The translations under genes were made by a program, and so were the position numbers. DNA of 64,000 nt from an uncultured Pseudomonadota bacterium (GTDB lineage Bacteria; Oederibacteriota; Muellerivitia; Muellerivitales; Muellerivitaceae), in the NCBI GenBank assembly GCA_963770835.1, contig CAVYRH010000010.1:151266-215265 (forward strand), written 5' to 3'. The notes below the pieces were generated by a model. The model was given only the letters and a program-made list of their open reading frames with translations. It was not told the origin of the DNA and searched no databases. The stretch's first letter is position 1; the number at the start of each line of letters is the position of its first letter. Shown here one piece after another: positions 12,181 through 22,566 of this stretch.

Positions 12181-12468
12181 ATGATCGTATCCGTCGCCGT
12201 GTTAACTATCCGCAAAGGGCACCAATCCAAGGCCAGCGATATCATTCACGAACACGTCGAGAGGGAAAAAAAGGCCGCCGGGGTGGTCAAGGCCTACTAT
12301 AAAAAAGCCGTAAACAACGACGATACCTTCCTGGTTTACGTGGAATACGACTCCAAAAAAAGCTTCGAAGCTTCCGAAAAAGCCTCCAAAAAAATGAAGG
12401 AAAGCAAGAAGGTCGAATTCGCCCTCCGTCCCCATTTAATGAGGGGCTTTTACGGCAACTTCGAATAA
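12181..12468 (+). CDS. Antibiotic biosynthesis monooxygenase (ABM)-like small protein
   Basis: 95 aa dimeric alpha-beta barrel-like pattern (FLVYVEYDSKKSF); GGAGG RBS. Confidence 0.6.
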   Translation: MIVSVAVLTIRKGHQSKASDIIHEHVEREKKAAGVVKAYYKKAVNNDDTFLVYVEYDSKKSFEASEKASKKMKESKKVEFALRPHLMRGFYGNFE

Positions 12469-12470
12469 AA

Positions 12471-12533
12471 CCAGCCGTTAGCTAGTAGGTTTTGGCTGTT
12501 AGCCAAAAGCCAACAGCTAAACGCCAATAGCTG
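12471..12533. repeat. Degenerate 7-bp-period repeat array (inverted halves)
   Basis: ccagccg ttagcta gtaggtt ttggctg ttagcca aaagcca acagcta aacgcca atagctg. Confidence 0.65.
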
Positions 12534-12548
12534 CCTTGAAGGGTTTTC

Positions 12549-14099
12549 ATGCAACACGATACGGTCATCGTTCTCGACTTCGGCGCCCAATACAGCCAGC
12601 TGATCGCCCGCCGGGTCCGCGAATGCAAGGTTTACTGCGAGATCCTGCCTTTCTCCACGCCGGTGGAAAAAATCCTCGAAAAGAACCCCAAGGGCATCAT
12701 CCTCTCGGGCGGACCCTCTAGCGTTTACGCCCCCGGCGCGCCCCACGTTTCCCCCGAACTCTTCCAGCTGGGCGTTCCCGTCCTCGGCATCTGCTACGGT
12801 ATTCAGATGATTTCCTACGCCTTGAAAGGCAAGGTTCAAAAGGCTCACAAACGGGAATTCGGCCTGGCCACGCTCAAGATCAAGGACCACCACAACCTCT
12901 TCGCGGGGCTCCCCGGCAGCCTCAAGGCCTGGATGAGCCACGGCGACCAGGTGGTCAAGCTTCCCCTGGGCTACAAGGTGTTGGCTTCCACCGACAACTG
13001 TCCCCTGGCCGCTGCGGGCAACGAGTCCAAGAAAATCTACGGCATCCAATTCCACCCCGAGGTTGTGCACACTGAAAAAGGCACAAAAATCCTGGAAAAC
13101 TTTGTCCGGAAGGTTTGCGGCTGCCGGCCCACCTGGAACATGGATGCCTACGAAAAGACGGCTGTCCACCAGATCCGCGAGCAAGTGGGGAAGGGGCGGG
13201 TGCTTTGCGGGGTTTCCGGAGGGGTGGATTCCACCGTCACGGCGGCCCTCATCCATCGCGCCATCGGCGACCAGCTTTCCTGCGTCTTCGTCAACAACGG
13301 CGTGCTGCGCCTGAACGAGGCGGAGCAAGTGGTCGATATCTTCAAGAAACGGATGAAAATTCCTCTCCATTACGTGAATGCCGAGTCCCTTTTCCTGAAG
13401 CTCCTGAATAACGTCAGCGAGCCCGAAAAGAAGCGCAAGATCATCGGCCGCACCTTTATCCGCGTTTTCGAGAAGAAAGCCAAGGAACTCCAACGCCAAA
13501 AGGGGCCTTTCGACTTCCTCGCCCAGGGCACCCTCTACCCCGACGTCATCGAGAGCGTTTCGGTGAAAGGGCCTTCCGCCACCATCAAGAGCCACCACAA
13601 TGTGGGCGGTCTTCCTAAGGACATGAAATTCAAACTCGTGGAACCCTTAAGGGAACTCTTCAAAGACGAGGTGCGGGAACTGGGGGAGAGGCTTCACATC
13701 CCCTATGACCTGCTCTGGCGCCAGCCTTTTCCTGGGCCGGGCTTGGCGGTGCGCCTAGTGGGCCCCATCACCAAGCGGGAACTGGATATCCTGCGCCGGG
13801 CGGACGCCATCGTGCAGGAGGAAATCCGCGAGGCGGGCCTCTACCATTCCATCTGGCAATCCTTCGCGGTGCTGACGCCCTTGAAGTCGGTGGGGGTGAT
13901 GGGGGACGAAAGGACTTACGAGAACGTGTGCGCCATCCGGGCCGTCCATTCCACTGACGGCATGACCGCCGACTGGGTCAAACTGCCGCCCGAGCTCCTG
14001 GGCCGCATTTCCAACCGCATCATCAACGAGGTGCGGGGTATCAATAGGGTTGTCTACGACATAACATCCAAGCCCCCTGGCACCATTGAGTGGGAATAA
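12549..14099 (+). CDS. guaA: GMP synthase (glutamine-hydrolysing)
   Basis: LDFGAQY, GICYG, QFHPEV, SGGVDS, IKSHHNVGG, KPPGTIEWE. Confidence 0.98.
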   Translation: MQHDTVIVLDFGAQYSQLIARRVRECKVYCEILPFSTPVEKILEKNPKGIILSGGPSSVYAPGAPHVSPELFQLGVPVLGICYGIQMISYALKGKVQKAHKREFGLATLKIKDHHNLFAGLPGSLKAWMSHGDQVVKLPLGYKVLASTDNCPLAAAGNESKKIYGIQFHPEVVHTEKGTKILENFVRKVCGCRPTWNMDAYEKTAVHQIREQVGKGRVLCGVSGGVDSTVTAALIHRAIGDQLSCVFVNNGVLRLNEAEQVVDIFKKRMKIPLHYVNAESLFLKLLNNVSEPEKKRKIIGRTFIRVFEKKAKELQRQKGPFDFLAQGTLYPDVIESVSVKGPSATIKSHHNVGGLPKDMKFKLVEPLRELFKDEVRELGERLHIPYDLLWRQPFPGPGLAVRLVGPITKRELDILRRADAIVQEEIREAGLYHSIWQSFAVLTPLKSVGVMGDERTYENVCAIRAVHSTDGMTADWVKLPPELLGRISNRIINEVRGINRVVYDITSKPPGTIEWE

Positions 14100-14172
14100 G
14101 TCATTTCCTTAGTTTTACTAAGTCTTCCTAAATCCCCTTCTTTTTTCATTGTTTGACCTCTTTCGGTTAAGG

Positions 14173-14203
14173 TGCTTCCGTTTTGCTTCCGAAATGCTAT
14201 AAT
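14173..14203 (+). promoter_or_regulatory. TA promoter/operator
   Basis: Extended -10 TGcTATAAT preceded by tandem TGCTTCCG repeats. Confidence 0.5.
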
Positions 14204-14223
14204 TCCCAAAAAGGAGGCCCTCC

Positions 14224-14454
14224 ATGCCCACATTGGTGATTAAAGACCTGCCAGTCGAGCTGCACCGCCGATTGAAGGAAGAGGCTGAAAAAACCCACCG
14301 GTCCATGACCAAGGAAGCCATTTATTTGATGGAAACCGCCTTGCAGGGCGAAGCCGCGCCCTCTGAAGCCCGAGAATTGCAGGCTCCTTACCGGGGTTCC
14401 AAGCCTCTGACCGATAAAATGATCCAAAAATGGAAACACAAGGGAATGGCTTGA
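14224..14454 (+). CDS. FitA-like ribbon-helix-helix antitoxin
   Basis: MPTLVIKDLPVELHRRLKEEAEKTHRSM RHH pattern; overlaps PIN toxin start. Confidence 0.85.
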   Translation: MPTLVIKDLPVELHRRLKEEAEKTHRSMTKEAIYLMETALQGEAAPSEARELQAPYRGSKPLTDKMIQKWKHKGMA

Positions 14455-14852
14455 TCGTCGTCGACACCAACATCGTCGCTTACTTACTTATCCAAGGCGA
14501 ACAGACTCACCTCGCCCGAAGGCTTATGGAACGCGACTCCCAATGGTTCGCGCCTTCCTTCTGGAGGATTGAGTTTCTCAATGTCCTCATGAATTACTCC
14601 CGGCACTTGAAAATGCCGCCAGAGGATGTCCGCCGTATATGGAACGCGTCTTTTCGACTCCCCCATTTACGGGAAGAGGGAGTTGATCCCCAGCAGGCGT
14701 TGAACACGGCCCTAGCGCACCGGATCAGTGGTTACGACGCTTTGTTCCTTTCCCTCGCGCAAAACCTTAAAACGGTCTGCGTCACCCAGGATAAGGCCTT
14801 GCGGAAAGCCGCGCCCCGGCTGACCGCAACCCTCGACGAAATCCTGGAGTAA
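14451..14852 (+). CDS. vapC: PIN-domain VapC toxin
   Basis: IVVDTN, SGYDALF, VTQDKAL. Confidence 0.9.
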   Translation: MIVVDTNIVAYLLIQGEQTHLARRLMERDSQWFAPSFWRIEFLNVLMNYSRHLKMPPEDVRRIWNASFRLPHLREEGVDPQQALNTALAHRISGYDALFLSLAQNLKTVCVTQDKALRKAAPRLTATLDEILE

Positions 14853-14942
14853 GATCATGTACCGATTGACTTTTCCAAAAGGAAATATAAGGAAATCGGG
14901 ACTATGCCGACCTCCTTATAAACCTTCGAATAGAAGGTCGGT

Positions 14943-17900
14943 ATGACCCGCCCCGAATTTGTACACCTCCACCTCCACAGCCAGTTTTCCCTCCTGGAAA
15001 GCACCGTCCGCTTCGAACCCCTCATGGCGCGCCTGAAGGAACTCCAGATGCACGCCGTGGCCTTGACCGACAAGGCCAACCTCTTCGGCGCCGTTGCCTT
15101 CTATCAAAGCGCCCTGGAAAACGGCCTCAAGCCCATCCTAGGCTGTGAAATCTGGGTGGCCCCCGATTCCCGCTTCGAGAAAAGCAACGGGCAAGGGCGT
15201 CCGGAGGCGGTCTATCCCTTGGTGCTCCTGGCCGAGAACGAGGAAGGCTACAAGAACATCATGAAGCTGTCCTCGGCGGGTTACCTGCAAGGTTTCCACC
15301 GCGTGCCGCGCGTGGACAAGGCCCTCCTGGCCCGGCACAGCGGGGGCATCCTGGCGCTCTCCGGTGGAGCGGAGGGTGAAATCAACCGGTACCTTTTCAA
15401 GGCCGAGGCGCCCATGGCGATGCGCGTCGCCGGGGAATACCAGGAAATCTTCGGCAAGGACCGGTTTTTCCTCGAGCTGACGGACCACGGGGCGGCCGCC
15501 GACCGCACGGCCCTTAAACAGCTTTTGGAAATTTCCGCCAAGACGGCCATTCCCGTCGTGGCCGCCAACGAGGTGCGCTACCTCCGCCGTGAGGAGGCCC
15601 CCTTCCACGAGGTCTTAACCTGCCTGGGCCGGGGCGAGGTGATGTCCGACCCCAACCATTATTCACTCGGCTCGGACGAATACTATTTGAAGAGCGCGGA
15701 GGAAATGGCCAAGCTTTTCGCAGAAACGCCGGAGGCCCTCAAACGCACGCTGGAGATCGCCGAGCGCTGTCATTTGACCATCGAATTCGGGAAAACCTAC
15801 ATGCCTTCCTTCCCGTCGCCCCAGGCGGGGGTGACCGAGGAAAGCTACCTGGAACAACTCTGCAGACAGGCCCTTCCAAAGCGTTACGGTGAAAAAGCCG
15901 CCGACGCCGAAATCGTCCAGCGCATGAACGAGGAGCTTTCCGTCATCAAGAAAACCGGGTTTTCCGGCTACTTCCTCATCGTCTGGGACATCATCGCCAA
16001 GGCGCGGGCCAAGGGAATTTCGGTGGGGCCGGGGCGCGGTTCGGCGGCGGGCAGCCTGGTTTCCTACCTGCTGGGCATCACCGATGTTGACCCCATCCGT
16101 TATGACTTGCTCTTTGAGCGCTTCATCAATCCCGAACGGGTTTCCGCCCCCGATATCGATGTGGACGTCTGCGACCGAAGGCGCGACGAGGTCCTCCATT
16201 ACATCACCCAAACCTACGGGCAGGACCGGGTGGCCTCCATCGTCACCTTCGGCACCATGGCCGCCAAGGCCGTCGTGCGCGACGTGGGACGGGTTTTGGA
16301 AGTGCCGCTGCCAGAGGTGGACCGCATCGCAAAGCTCATCCCCGGCGGCCCTAAGGTGTCCCTCGAGGACGCCATGGAAAGGGCGCCGGAGCTTCGCGCC
16401 ATTGCCAGCGAACAGGGGCCCTACCGGAGGCTCTGGGACGTTTCCCGGGCGCTCGAGGGCATCGTGCGGCACGTTTCCACGCACGCAGCCGGCATCCTCA
16501 TCAGCAACGAGCCGCTCCTGGAAAAAATCCCCCTTTGCAAGGGGGCGGGGGACGAAGTGCTGACCCAGTACGATATGAACGCCCTGAAAGACGTGGGGCT
16601 CCTCAAGCTCGACATCCTGGGCCTGCGGACCCTCACTGTCATCGACGACACACTCGAACTCATCGCCGGGCGCCGCAAGGAAAAGGTCGATCTCGGCCAC
16701 ATTCCCTTGGAGGACGACGCCACCTTCAAACTTCTGCGCGAGGCCAAGACGGCGGGCGTCTTCCAGCTGGAATCGCGCGGCATGCGCGATTACATCCGCA
16801 AGCTGGAACCCCGGGTCCTGGAGGACCTGATCGCCCTCAACGCCCTCTACCGTCCGGGCCCCCTGGGGAGCGACATGGTGGACGACTTCTTCCACCGCAA
16901 GAAGGGGCTGGTCAAGGTGGAGTACCTTCACCCCAAGCTGGAACCCATCTTGAAAACCACCTACGGACTCATGCTCTACCAGGAACAGGTCATGCGCGTG
17001 GCCAAGGATCTGGCGGGCTTCACCCTGGGCCAGGCCGATATCCTCAGGCGGGCCATGGGCAGCAAAAACCCCGAGAAAATGGAGCAAATGCGGGGCAAGT
17101 TCCTCTCCGGCGCCAAGGAAAGGGGGATTTCCACCGACGTCGCCGAGGCCATCTTCAACCAGATGGCCAAGTTCGCGGGCTACGGGTTCAACAAGTCCCA
17201 CAGCGCCGCTTATTCCCTGGTGGCTTACCAGACCGCCTACCTGAAGACCAATTATCCGCCGGAGTTCATGGCGGCGCTCTTGACCAGCGAGGCGGGCAAC
17301 CAGGACAAGATTTCCCAATACATCTTCGAATGCAAAAAGCTGGGTGTGAAGGTCCTGCCGCCGGACGTCAACGAAAGCGGAACCGAGTTCACAGTGACTC
17401 CCGACGGTTCAGTGCGTTTCGCCCTTACCGCCATCAAGAACGTGGGGAGCCCTGCCATCGCCGCTATTTTGGAGGCGCGGGAAAGGGGCGGGAAGTTCAA
17501 ATCCCTTTTCGACTTTTGCCGGCGGGCGGACCTGAAGTCCTTTACCCCCAAGATGGTGGAATGCCTGGTCCTAGCCGGGGCTTTTGACTTCACGGGCGCG
17601 CCCCGGGCGGCCATGAAGGAATCCATCGAAAAAATATTCCGGCAGTCCCAGGGCCTCCAGGCCGATTCCCAAAGGGGCCAGACATCCCTTTTTGGGGAAA
17701 CAGGCTCGCAGACGCCCGACATTCTGCCCGAGGTCCCGGAATATTCCCCGGCCCAAATTCTCTCCGCGGAAAAAGAAGTGTTGGGCTTTTACCTTTCGGG
17801 CCACCCCCTCTCCGAGCATGAGTGGCAGCTGGAGCACTACGTGACGCCCCTGAACGAGCTGGAGGACCTTCCGGACGGGTTCGAGATCCGCGTGGCGGGG

Positions 17901-18383
17901 CTCATCCGGGGCTTTTCCAAGAGCGTGGTCAAAAAAACCAAGGAAGTCTATGGCCGCTTCATCCTGGAGGATCTCCATTCACACGTGGAAGTCATCGCCT
18001 GGCCGGAGGTGTACCGCAAGCATGGGAAGCTCCTGGGCAAAGACCAACTGGTGGCCTTGAAGGGGCGACTCGACAAGTCCGGCGAAAGGACCCAGGTCAT
18101 CGCCAATGAGGCCATCGAGCTGGAGGGTATGGCCGCCAAGTGGGCCAAGGGCGTGCGCCTGATGATGAACGTGGTGGGCCTGGACGACAGCCTGCTTCCC
18201 AAGGTCAAGGAAATCTGCGAGCGGCACCCGGGCAGCGCCAAGGTGTATTTCCACATGCAGACCACCCACCATGGACTGATGGTGGTGGAGGCGGGGGAGA
18301 ACCTGCGGGTGAAGCCCTCCCGGAGTTTCCTGAGGGAGATCACCGCGCTCTTGGGAGAAGAGGGAATCGAAATCGAACTCTAA
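14943..18383 (+). CDS. dnaE: DNA polymerase III alpha subunit
   Basis: PHP domain, GPGRGSAAGS, PDIDVD, FAGYGFNKSH, QTSLF clamp-binding motif, OB fold. Confidence 0.97.
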   Translation: MTRPEFVHLHLHSQFSLLESTVRFEPLMARLKELQMHAVALTDKANLFGAVAFYQSALENGLKPILGCEIWVAPDSRFEKSNGQGRPEAVYPLVLLAENEEGYKNIMKLSSAGYLQGFHRVPRVDKALLARHSGGILALSGGAEGEINRYLFKAEAPMAMRVAGEYQEIFGKDRFFLELTDHGAAADRTALKQLLEISAKTAIPVVAANEVRYLRREEAPFHEVLTCLGRGEVMSDPNHYSLGSDEYYLKSAEEMAKLFAETPEALKRTLEIAERCHLTIEFGKTYMPSFPSPQAGVTEESYLEQLCRQALPKRYGEKAADAEIVQRMNEELSVIKKTGFSGYFLIVWDIIAKARAKGISVGPGRGSAAGSLVSYLLGITDVDPIRYDLLFERFINPERVSAPDIDVDVCDRRRDEVLHYITQTYGQDRVASIVTFGTMAAKAVVRDVGRVLEVPLPEVDRIAKLIPGGPKVSLEDAMERAPELRAIASEQGPYRRLWDVSRALEGIVRHVSTHAAGILISNEPLLEKIPLCKGAGDEVLTQYDMNALKDVGLLKLDILGLRTLTVIDDTLELIAGRRKEKVDLGHIPLEDDATFKLLREAKTAGVFQLESRGMRDYIRKLEPRVLEDLIALNALYRPGPLGSDMVDDFFHRKKGLVKVEYLHPKLEPILKTTYGLMLYQEQVMRVAKDLAGFTLGQADILRRAMGSKNPEKMEQMRGKFLSGAKERGISTDVAEAIFNQMAKFAGYGFNKSHSAAYSLVAYQTAYLKTNYPPEFMAALLTSEAGNQDKISQYIFECKKLGVKVLPPDVNESGTEFTVTPDGSVRFALTAIKNVGSPAIAAILEARERGGKFKSLFDFCRRADLKSFTPKMVECLVLAGAFDFTGAPRAAMKESIEKIFRQSQGLQADSQRGQTSLFGETGSQTPDILPEVPEYSPAQILSAEKEVLGFYLSGHPLSEHEWQLEHYVTPLNELEDLPDGFEIRVAGLIRGFSKSVVKKTKEVYGRFILEDLHSHVEVIAWPEVYRKHGKLLGKDQLVALKGRLDKSGERTQVIANEAIELEGMAAKWAKGVRLMMNVVGLDDSLLPKVKEICERHPGSAKVYFHMQTTHHGLMVVEAGENLRVKPSRSFLREITALLGEEGIEIEL

Positions 18384-18410
18384 CAGTACTTATTTAAGGA
18401 TTTTCCATAT

Positions 18411-20561
18411 ATGAAACCCGATATTGCCTGCCCCAACCACCCCAAATCGGAAGGGTTATTCCCATGTCGCTATTGCAGGGAAAACTTCTGCGAAGCCTGC
18501 GCCCTAACCGAACCCGGATTTTACCGCTGCCGCCGGCCTGCCTGCGTCAAAGCCTATCAAAAAGAAGCCGCCGGCCCGCTCCGGCGCTGTCCCCATTGCG
18601 TCTCTAAAAACCTGCCCCTCGCTACTTTTTGCGGCAGGTGTGGGGGAGAAATGTCCTCGAAACCGCCGAAAGATCCGGAAACCCCAGTCACGGTGGGGAG
18701 GTATGCCGGCGTCACCGAGGCCGGCCTGGCCCGCGCCACACTCGCGAGCCAAGGCATCGATTCCTTCGTGGCCGATGAAGCCGTGGGCACCCTCTATTCG
18801 GGCGGTAATACCTTTTTAGGCGGGGTAAGGCTCCAGACCCGGGCCGCCGATTCCCAAAAGGCCCAGGAGCTTTTGGCTGCCCGCCCGAAGGGCCGGGGAA
18901 AGGCCCAGGAACCCACCGGCTCCTGCCGCTATTGTGGAAAAATCCTCAGCAAAAGAGAACTAGCCCCGGGCCCGGGGCCCCTCCATTGCCGGAAAGCCAA
19001 ATGCCTCAAGGCTTACCGGGCGGAAATGAAAAGCCTCGCGAGGGTCTGCCCCTCCTGCAGAACGAAAATTCCCTATCCCGAAGTCCTTTGCCCGAAATGC
19101 GGGAAAAAACTGGCCGAACTCCAGCTCGGGCTGGAGCCAGGGGAGCTTCCCGCGAGCCCGGTGGGCCCCGAGGAAAAATGGGACTTCCGCTGGGCCTTTT
19201 TGCTGTGGCTGACCCTTTTCTCGGTCGAGGTCGCCCCCTGTATGGTCTTCAGCTGGATTCATTATCGGAAGGGTGTTCTTCCGGACCCCCATTGGATTCA
19301 AGTGGTGTTGTATTCCAGTGAATTGGCCTGTGTCTTCCTGGCCCTCTATTGGACCAAGCGGTTCCAATCCCTTTCCTGGGGGGAAAGCCTGAGGCACATG
19401 GGCTTTAAGGCCCCGAATCCCCGGCAACTTCTTGCGGGGGTTCTCATCCTTCTTCCGGTCCTTGTGGGTGACTTCCTGGCTTTCCAGGGATACCAACAGG
19501 AAGGGGTTCCCATCCAGCTGAAATGGTATTGGGGCATCCGGCTTTCGGACATCCTGGTTGGGGCGGCCCTCTTCGAGGAAACCCTCTATCGGGGTTTCCT
19601 TTTCCGGTTCCTCCGGCGGGGCCGTTCCTTCACTTCCGCCGCCGTTTTGTCCTCGGGACTCTGGGCCCTCAGCCACGTTACCCACCTCATGCCTTTGTAC
19701 GGGCCCGAACACAGCCATTTCCAGCAGGCCGGGGGTTTGATGCTCCAGGTTTTCGTGGATGGATTGATGGGTGCCTATCTCTTTGAAAAGGGCGGGAATA
19801 ATATTTGGGGATGGATGCTGGTCCACATCGGCTATGACCTTTTCAGCCTGGTCAACCTCCAGGGGAGCGACTTTTACGTCTCGTCCATTCCCGAAAATTA
19901 TTTCGATATCGGACATTGGTTCTCCGTGCTGGCGACAATTCTGATCGTCCTTTGGATTTTTCCGGCGGGAAAAGGGAAGAAGCCCAGGGTAGCGGGCGTT
20001 TTCCGGGGAAACGCGCTGTCCCTGAAATGGAAGCCCCTCCTGCTTCCCCTGGTTATCACTTCGGCCTTGGTCCTGGCCTTCTGCTTGGTCCCGTCCCAAA
20101 GGCTGTGCGAGGAAGCCAACAATCAGGACTGGCAAAAGATCATGGATTCCCGCCCCCGCTTCGCGGACGGCTATCGGGAATGGGCTTTTGACCTTTGGAA
20201 GCTGGATAAATACGATGAGGCGGTTGAAAAATGCCGGCAGGCCCTGGCCATCGACCCGAAAAATTACAAGGCTTGGCTGCTTTGGGGAAAAGCCTTGAGA
20301 GGAAAGAACGTTTATGAAGATGCCTTGGAGAAGTTCCAGCAAGCCGCCGAATGCGCCCCTCGAAACGCCGCCACATACTTATGGTGGGGTTATGATTTAG
20401 AAGATGTCGATCAAAAGGATGACGCTATTGAAAAATACCGGACGGTGCTTTCCTTAAACCCGGACGAAACCTCATTCACCAATTTCGCGAATTATAGGAT
20501 TGAACGGTTGGAAGCCAAAAAAAGGGGAGGGTGGCAACCCGAGCCTCGGATTTCTTATTGA
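18411..20561 (+). CDS. Multidomain CPBP (CAAX/Abi) intramembrane metalloprotease with Zn-finger modules, DUF2007-like domain and TPRs
   Basis: FEETLYRG, WALSH and HIGYD motifs; two Cys-rich modules; LASQGIDSFVADE...GGVRLQ; TPR tail. Confidence 0.75.
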   Translation: MKPDIACPNHPKSEGLFPCRYCRENFCEACALTEPGFYRCRRPACVKAYQKEAAGPLRRCPHCVSKNLPLATFCGRCGGEMSSKPPKDPETPVTVGRYAGVTEAGLARATLASQGIDSFVADEAVGTLYSGGNTFLGGVRLQTRAADSQKAQELLAARPKGRGKAQEPTGSCRYCGKILSKRELAPGPGPLHCRKAKCLKAYRAEMKSLARVCPSCRTKIPYPEVLCPKCGKKLAELQLGLEPGELPASPVGPEEKWDFRWAFLLWLTLFSVEVAPCMVFSWIHYRKGVLPDPHWIQVVLYSSELACVFLALYWTKRFQSLSWGESLRHMGFKAPNPRQLLAGVLILLPVLVGDFLAFQGYQQEGVPIQLKWYWGIRLSDILVGAALFEETLYRGFLFRFLRRGRSFTSAAVLSSGLWALSHVTHLMPLYGPEHSHFQQAGGLMLQVFVDGLMGAYLFEKGGNNIWGWMLVHIGYDLFSLVNLQGSDFYVSSIPENYFDIGHWFSVLATILIVLWIFPAGKGKKPRVAGVFRGNALSLKWKPLLLPLVITSALVLAFCLVPSQRLCEEANNQDWQKIMDSRPRFADGYREWAFDLWKLDKYDEAVEKCRQALAIDPKNYKAWLLWGKALRGKNVYEDALEKFQQAAECAPRNAATYLWWGYDLEDVDQKDDAIEKYRTVLSLNPDETSFTNFANYRIERLEAKKRGGWQPEPRISY

Positions 20562-20772
20562 AGCCTTGTTTCACTAAGGCGGTGAATTTTGAAACTATTC
20601 CTGCCGTAATTCGTCCAACAGATGATATGGGTTCTCCGCGTCGGGGACCCGAATTGAATCAAAGAGGGCAAATCACTGGGTGGAATTTTTGGGGAAAGTT
20701 CTTTGGGAAATTTGGGATAATCCAACCCTTAAGAAATCCGGCTTCAAAATAACCAAGGGAAAAAACGACTAA

Positions 20773-21780
20773 ATGAAAAAACCCCGACCCTTCAAGCACG
20801 TCCTTTATCCAACCGCGGCGGGAATCGCCTTGTTCCTCCTGCCCCTTGGGGCGCGGGCTTTCGACTTTTCCCCCGACGCCTCCCGGGTGCTTTCGGACCC
20901 GGCCTATATGCCCTTGCAGGGCCAGGTTTTCGGAAGCACCGAATATACCTACGGAAACACGGGCTCGACCACGGAGAATCCCGTGGGGGCGCTAAAGTTC
21001 TCAACCACGACCCTTTCCAATACGGCCAACCAAACGCTGGGGTACGGCCTCACCAGCGAGATTGAACTCCGGGTCACCGATTCCTACGAATGGCCCTCGA
21101 CCACGAACAGTTTCCCGACCGGCACGGTGACGGTGACCCATTCGGACGGTTTTATCGACCCGACTTTCACGGCGCTGTTTCGCATGGTGGACCAGCAGGA
21201 CCATCCCATTAGTTGGGATCTCCAGGCGAGTTACTCCCCCAACCTGGTCAACGCCCAATCGGCGGACCCGGTGGAGAATGGAACCGTGGGGCGGGGAGGG
21301 GCTTCGGGAACCCTCGGCACCGCGATCAGCCAGGAAACGAGGGATTTTACTTTTTACCTCCAGGCCACCGCGACCTACCTGGACAACCGGTCGATTTTCA
21401 ACCCGGCCAATAATATCACCACCAGTTACAACCCCAGCTGGCAGTATTTGATTAACGTGGCCACCCAGACGCGCTTTGGTGCGCAATGGTCCCTCAATTT
21501 GAACTACGCTGAAACCTTCAACAACGGTGTCAATACCTCTTTCGTCAACGGCGCCGGCAACACCATCAACTCCCTCAACCAGTCCGGGCAGACGCAGGAG
21601 TTCACGGCGGGCCTCAATTTTCACGTCGTTCCTAACCGGTTTGTTCTCTCGCTCATCTACAACCATTACTTCTACAACGGCGTTAGCAACATCAACCAGA
21701 CCTTGCCCGCCAACAGCACCCAGACGGATGAAAAAGACCAGGATGTCCTCAACGGGGAATTGCGTTACGTCTTTTTTTGA
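20773..21780 (+). CDS. Outer-membrane beta-barrel protein
   Basis: Signal peptide, alternating beta-strand pattern, C-terminal ELRYVFF signature. Confidence 0.65.
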   Translation: MKKPRPFKHVLYPTAAGIALFLLPLGARAFDFSPDASRVLSDPAYMPLQGQVFGSTEYTYGNTGSTTENPVGALKFSTTTLSNTANQTLGYGLTSEIELRVTDSYEWPSTTNSFPTGTVTVTHSDGFIDPTFTALFRMVDQQDHPISWDLQASYSPNLVNAQSADPVENGTVGRGGASGTLGTAISQETRDFTFYLQATATYLDNRSIFNPANNITTSYNPSWQYLINVATQTRFGAQWSLNLNYAETFNNGVNTSFVNGAGNTINSLNQSGQTQEFTAGLNFHVVPNRFVLSLIYNHYFYNGVSNINQTLPANSTQTDEKDQDVLNGELRYVFF

Positions 21781-22545
21781 CGAAAGGGGTTTAGCGGCAG
21801 GCAGCCCACTGCGGGGATCCGTGCAATGCCCCCCGCCCGTCTTTTCCGGACAGTTTTTAGGCTGAAACACTTAAATCTTTCCTCCCGCCGTGTTTTTCAT
21901 TGCCCAATCCTTTCGTCACGACTAGAATTTTTCATATCTTTTTATTTATGCTGTTTTGAATTTTGAACCCAAAGAATGTGCCGAAGGGTTCGAATATTTC
22001 TTTAGCTTATGGAGGTCCACCATGCCCACAGCCACCCTGGTTTCCATCGTTCTCTCCAAAATCCTGCCTAACCCGCAGCAGCCCCGCCGGCGCTTTCGGA
22101 GGGGGTCCATCCAGGAAATGGCCGACTCCCTTATAGACCTCGGCCAGCAAACCCCCGCCAAGGTTCGCCCGCTGACACCGGATGAAAAAGCCCTCAACCC
22201 CGGCTTCGACTACATGCTCATCGGTGGCCACCGGCGCCTAGCCGGAGCCAAGCTGGCCGGATGGAGGGCTCTGGACTGCATCATTCTGGACATCCCCCCC
22301 GGCGATACCCACATGGCCGCCCTGGTTGACAATGACGCGGAGGAAATGGACTGGTGGGACTGGGATTTGGCCATTGAGGTGGAAGCTAAGGCCCAGGCGG
22401 TCCCCTCCCAACGGCAACTGGCCACCCGGTTGGGGATAGGTCTTACGAAGGTGAATATCGCCTTGAAGATCACCAAGGCCCTTTCCGCTAACGCCAGGGA
22501 GCTGGTGACCCAAAACCTGGACAAAGCCGCATCCGAGGGGGGGAG

Positions 22546-22566
22546 GGTGTTCGGACTCCGAACACC
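22546..22566. promoter_or_regulatory. Perfect palindrome, candidate parS-like site inside ParB-like gene
   Basis: GGTGTTCGGA C TCCGAACACC. Confidence 0.55.

Noticed and set aside
15663..17318. Long antisense ORFs over dnaE (and similar ones over guaA, guaB, clpB, rel, GH1)
   Set aside because: Expected shadow ORFs of GC-rich coding sequence; no motifs
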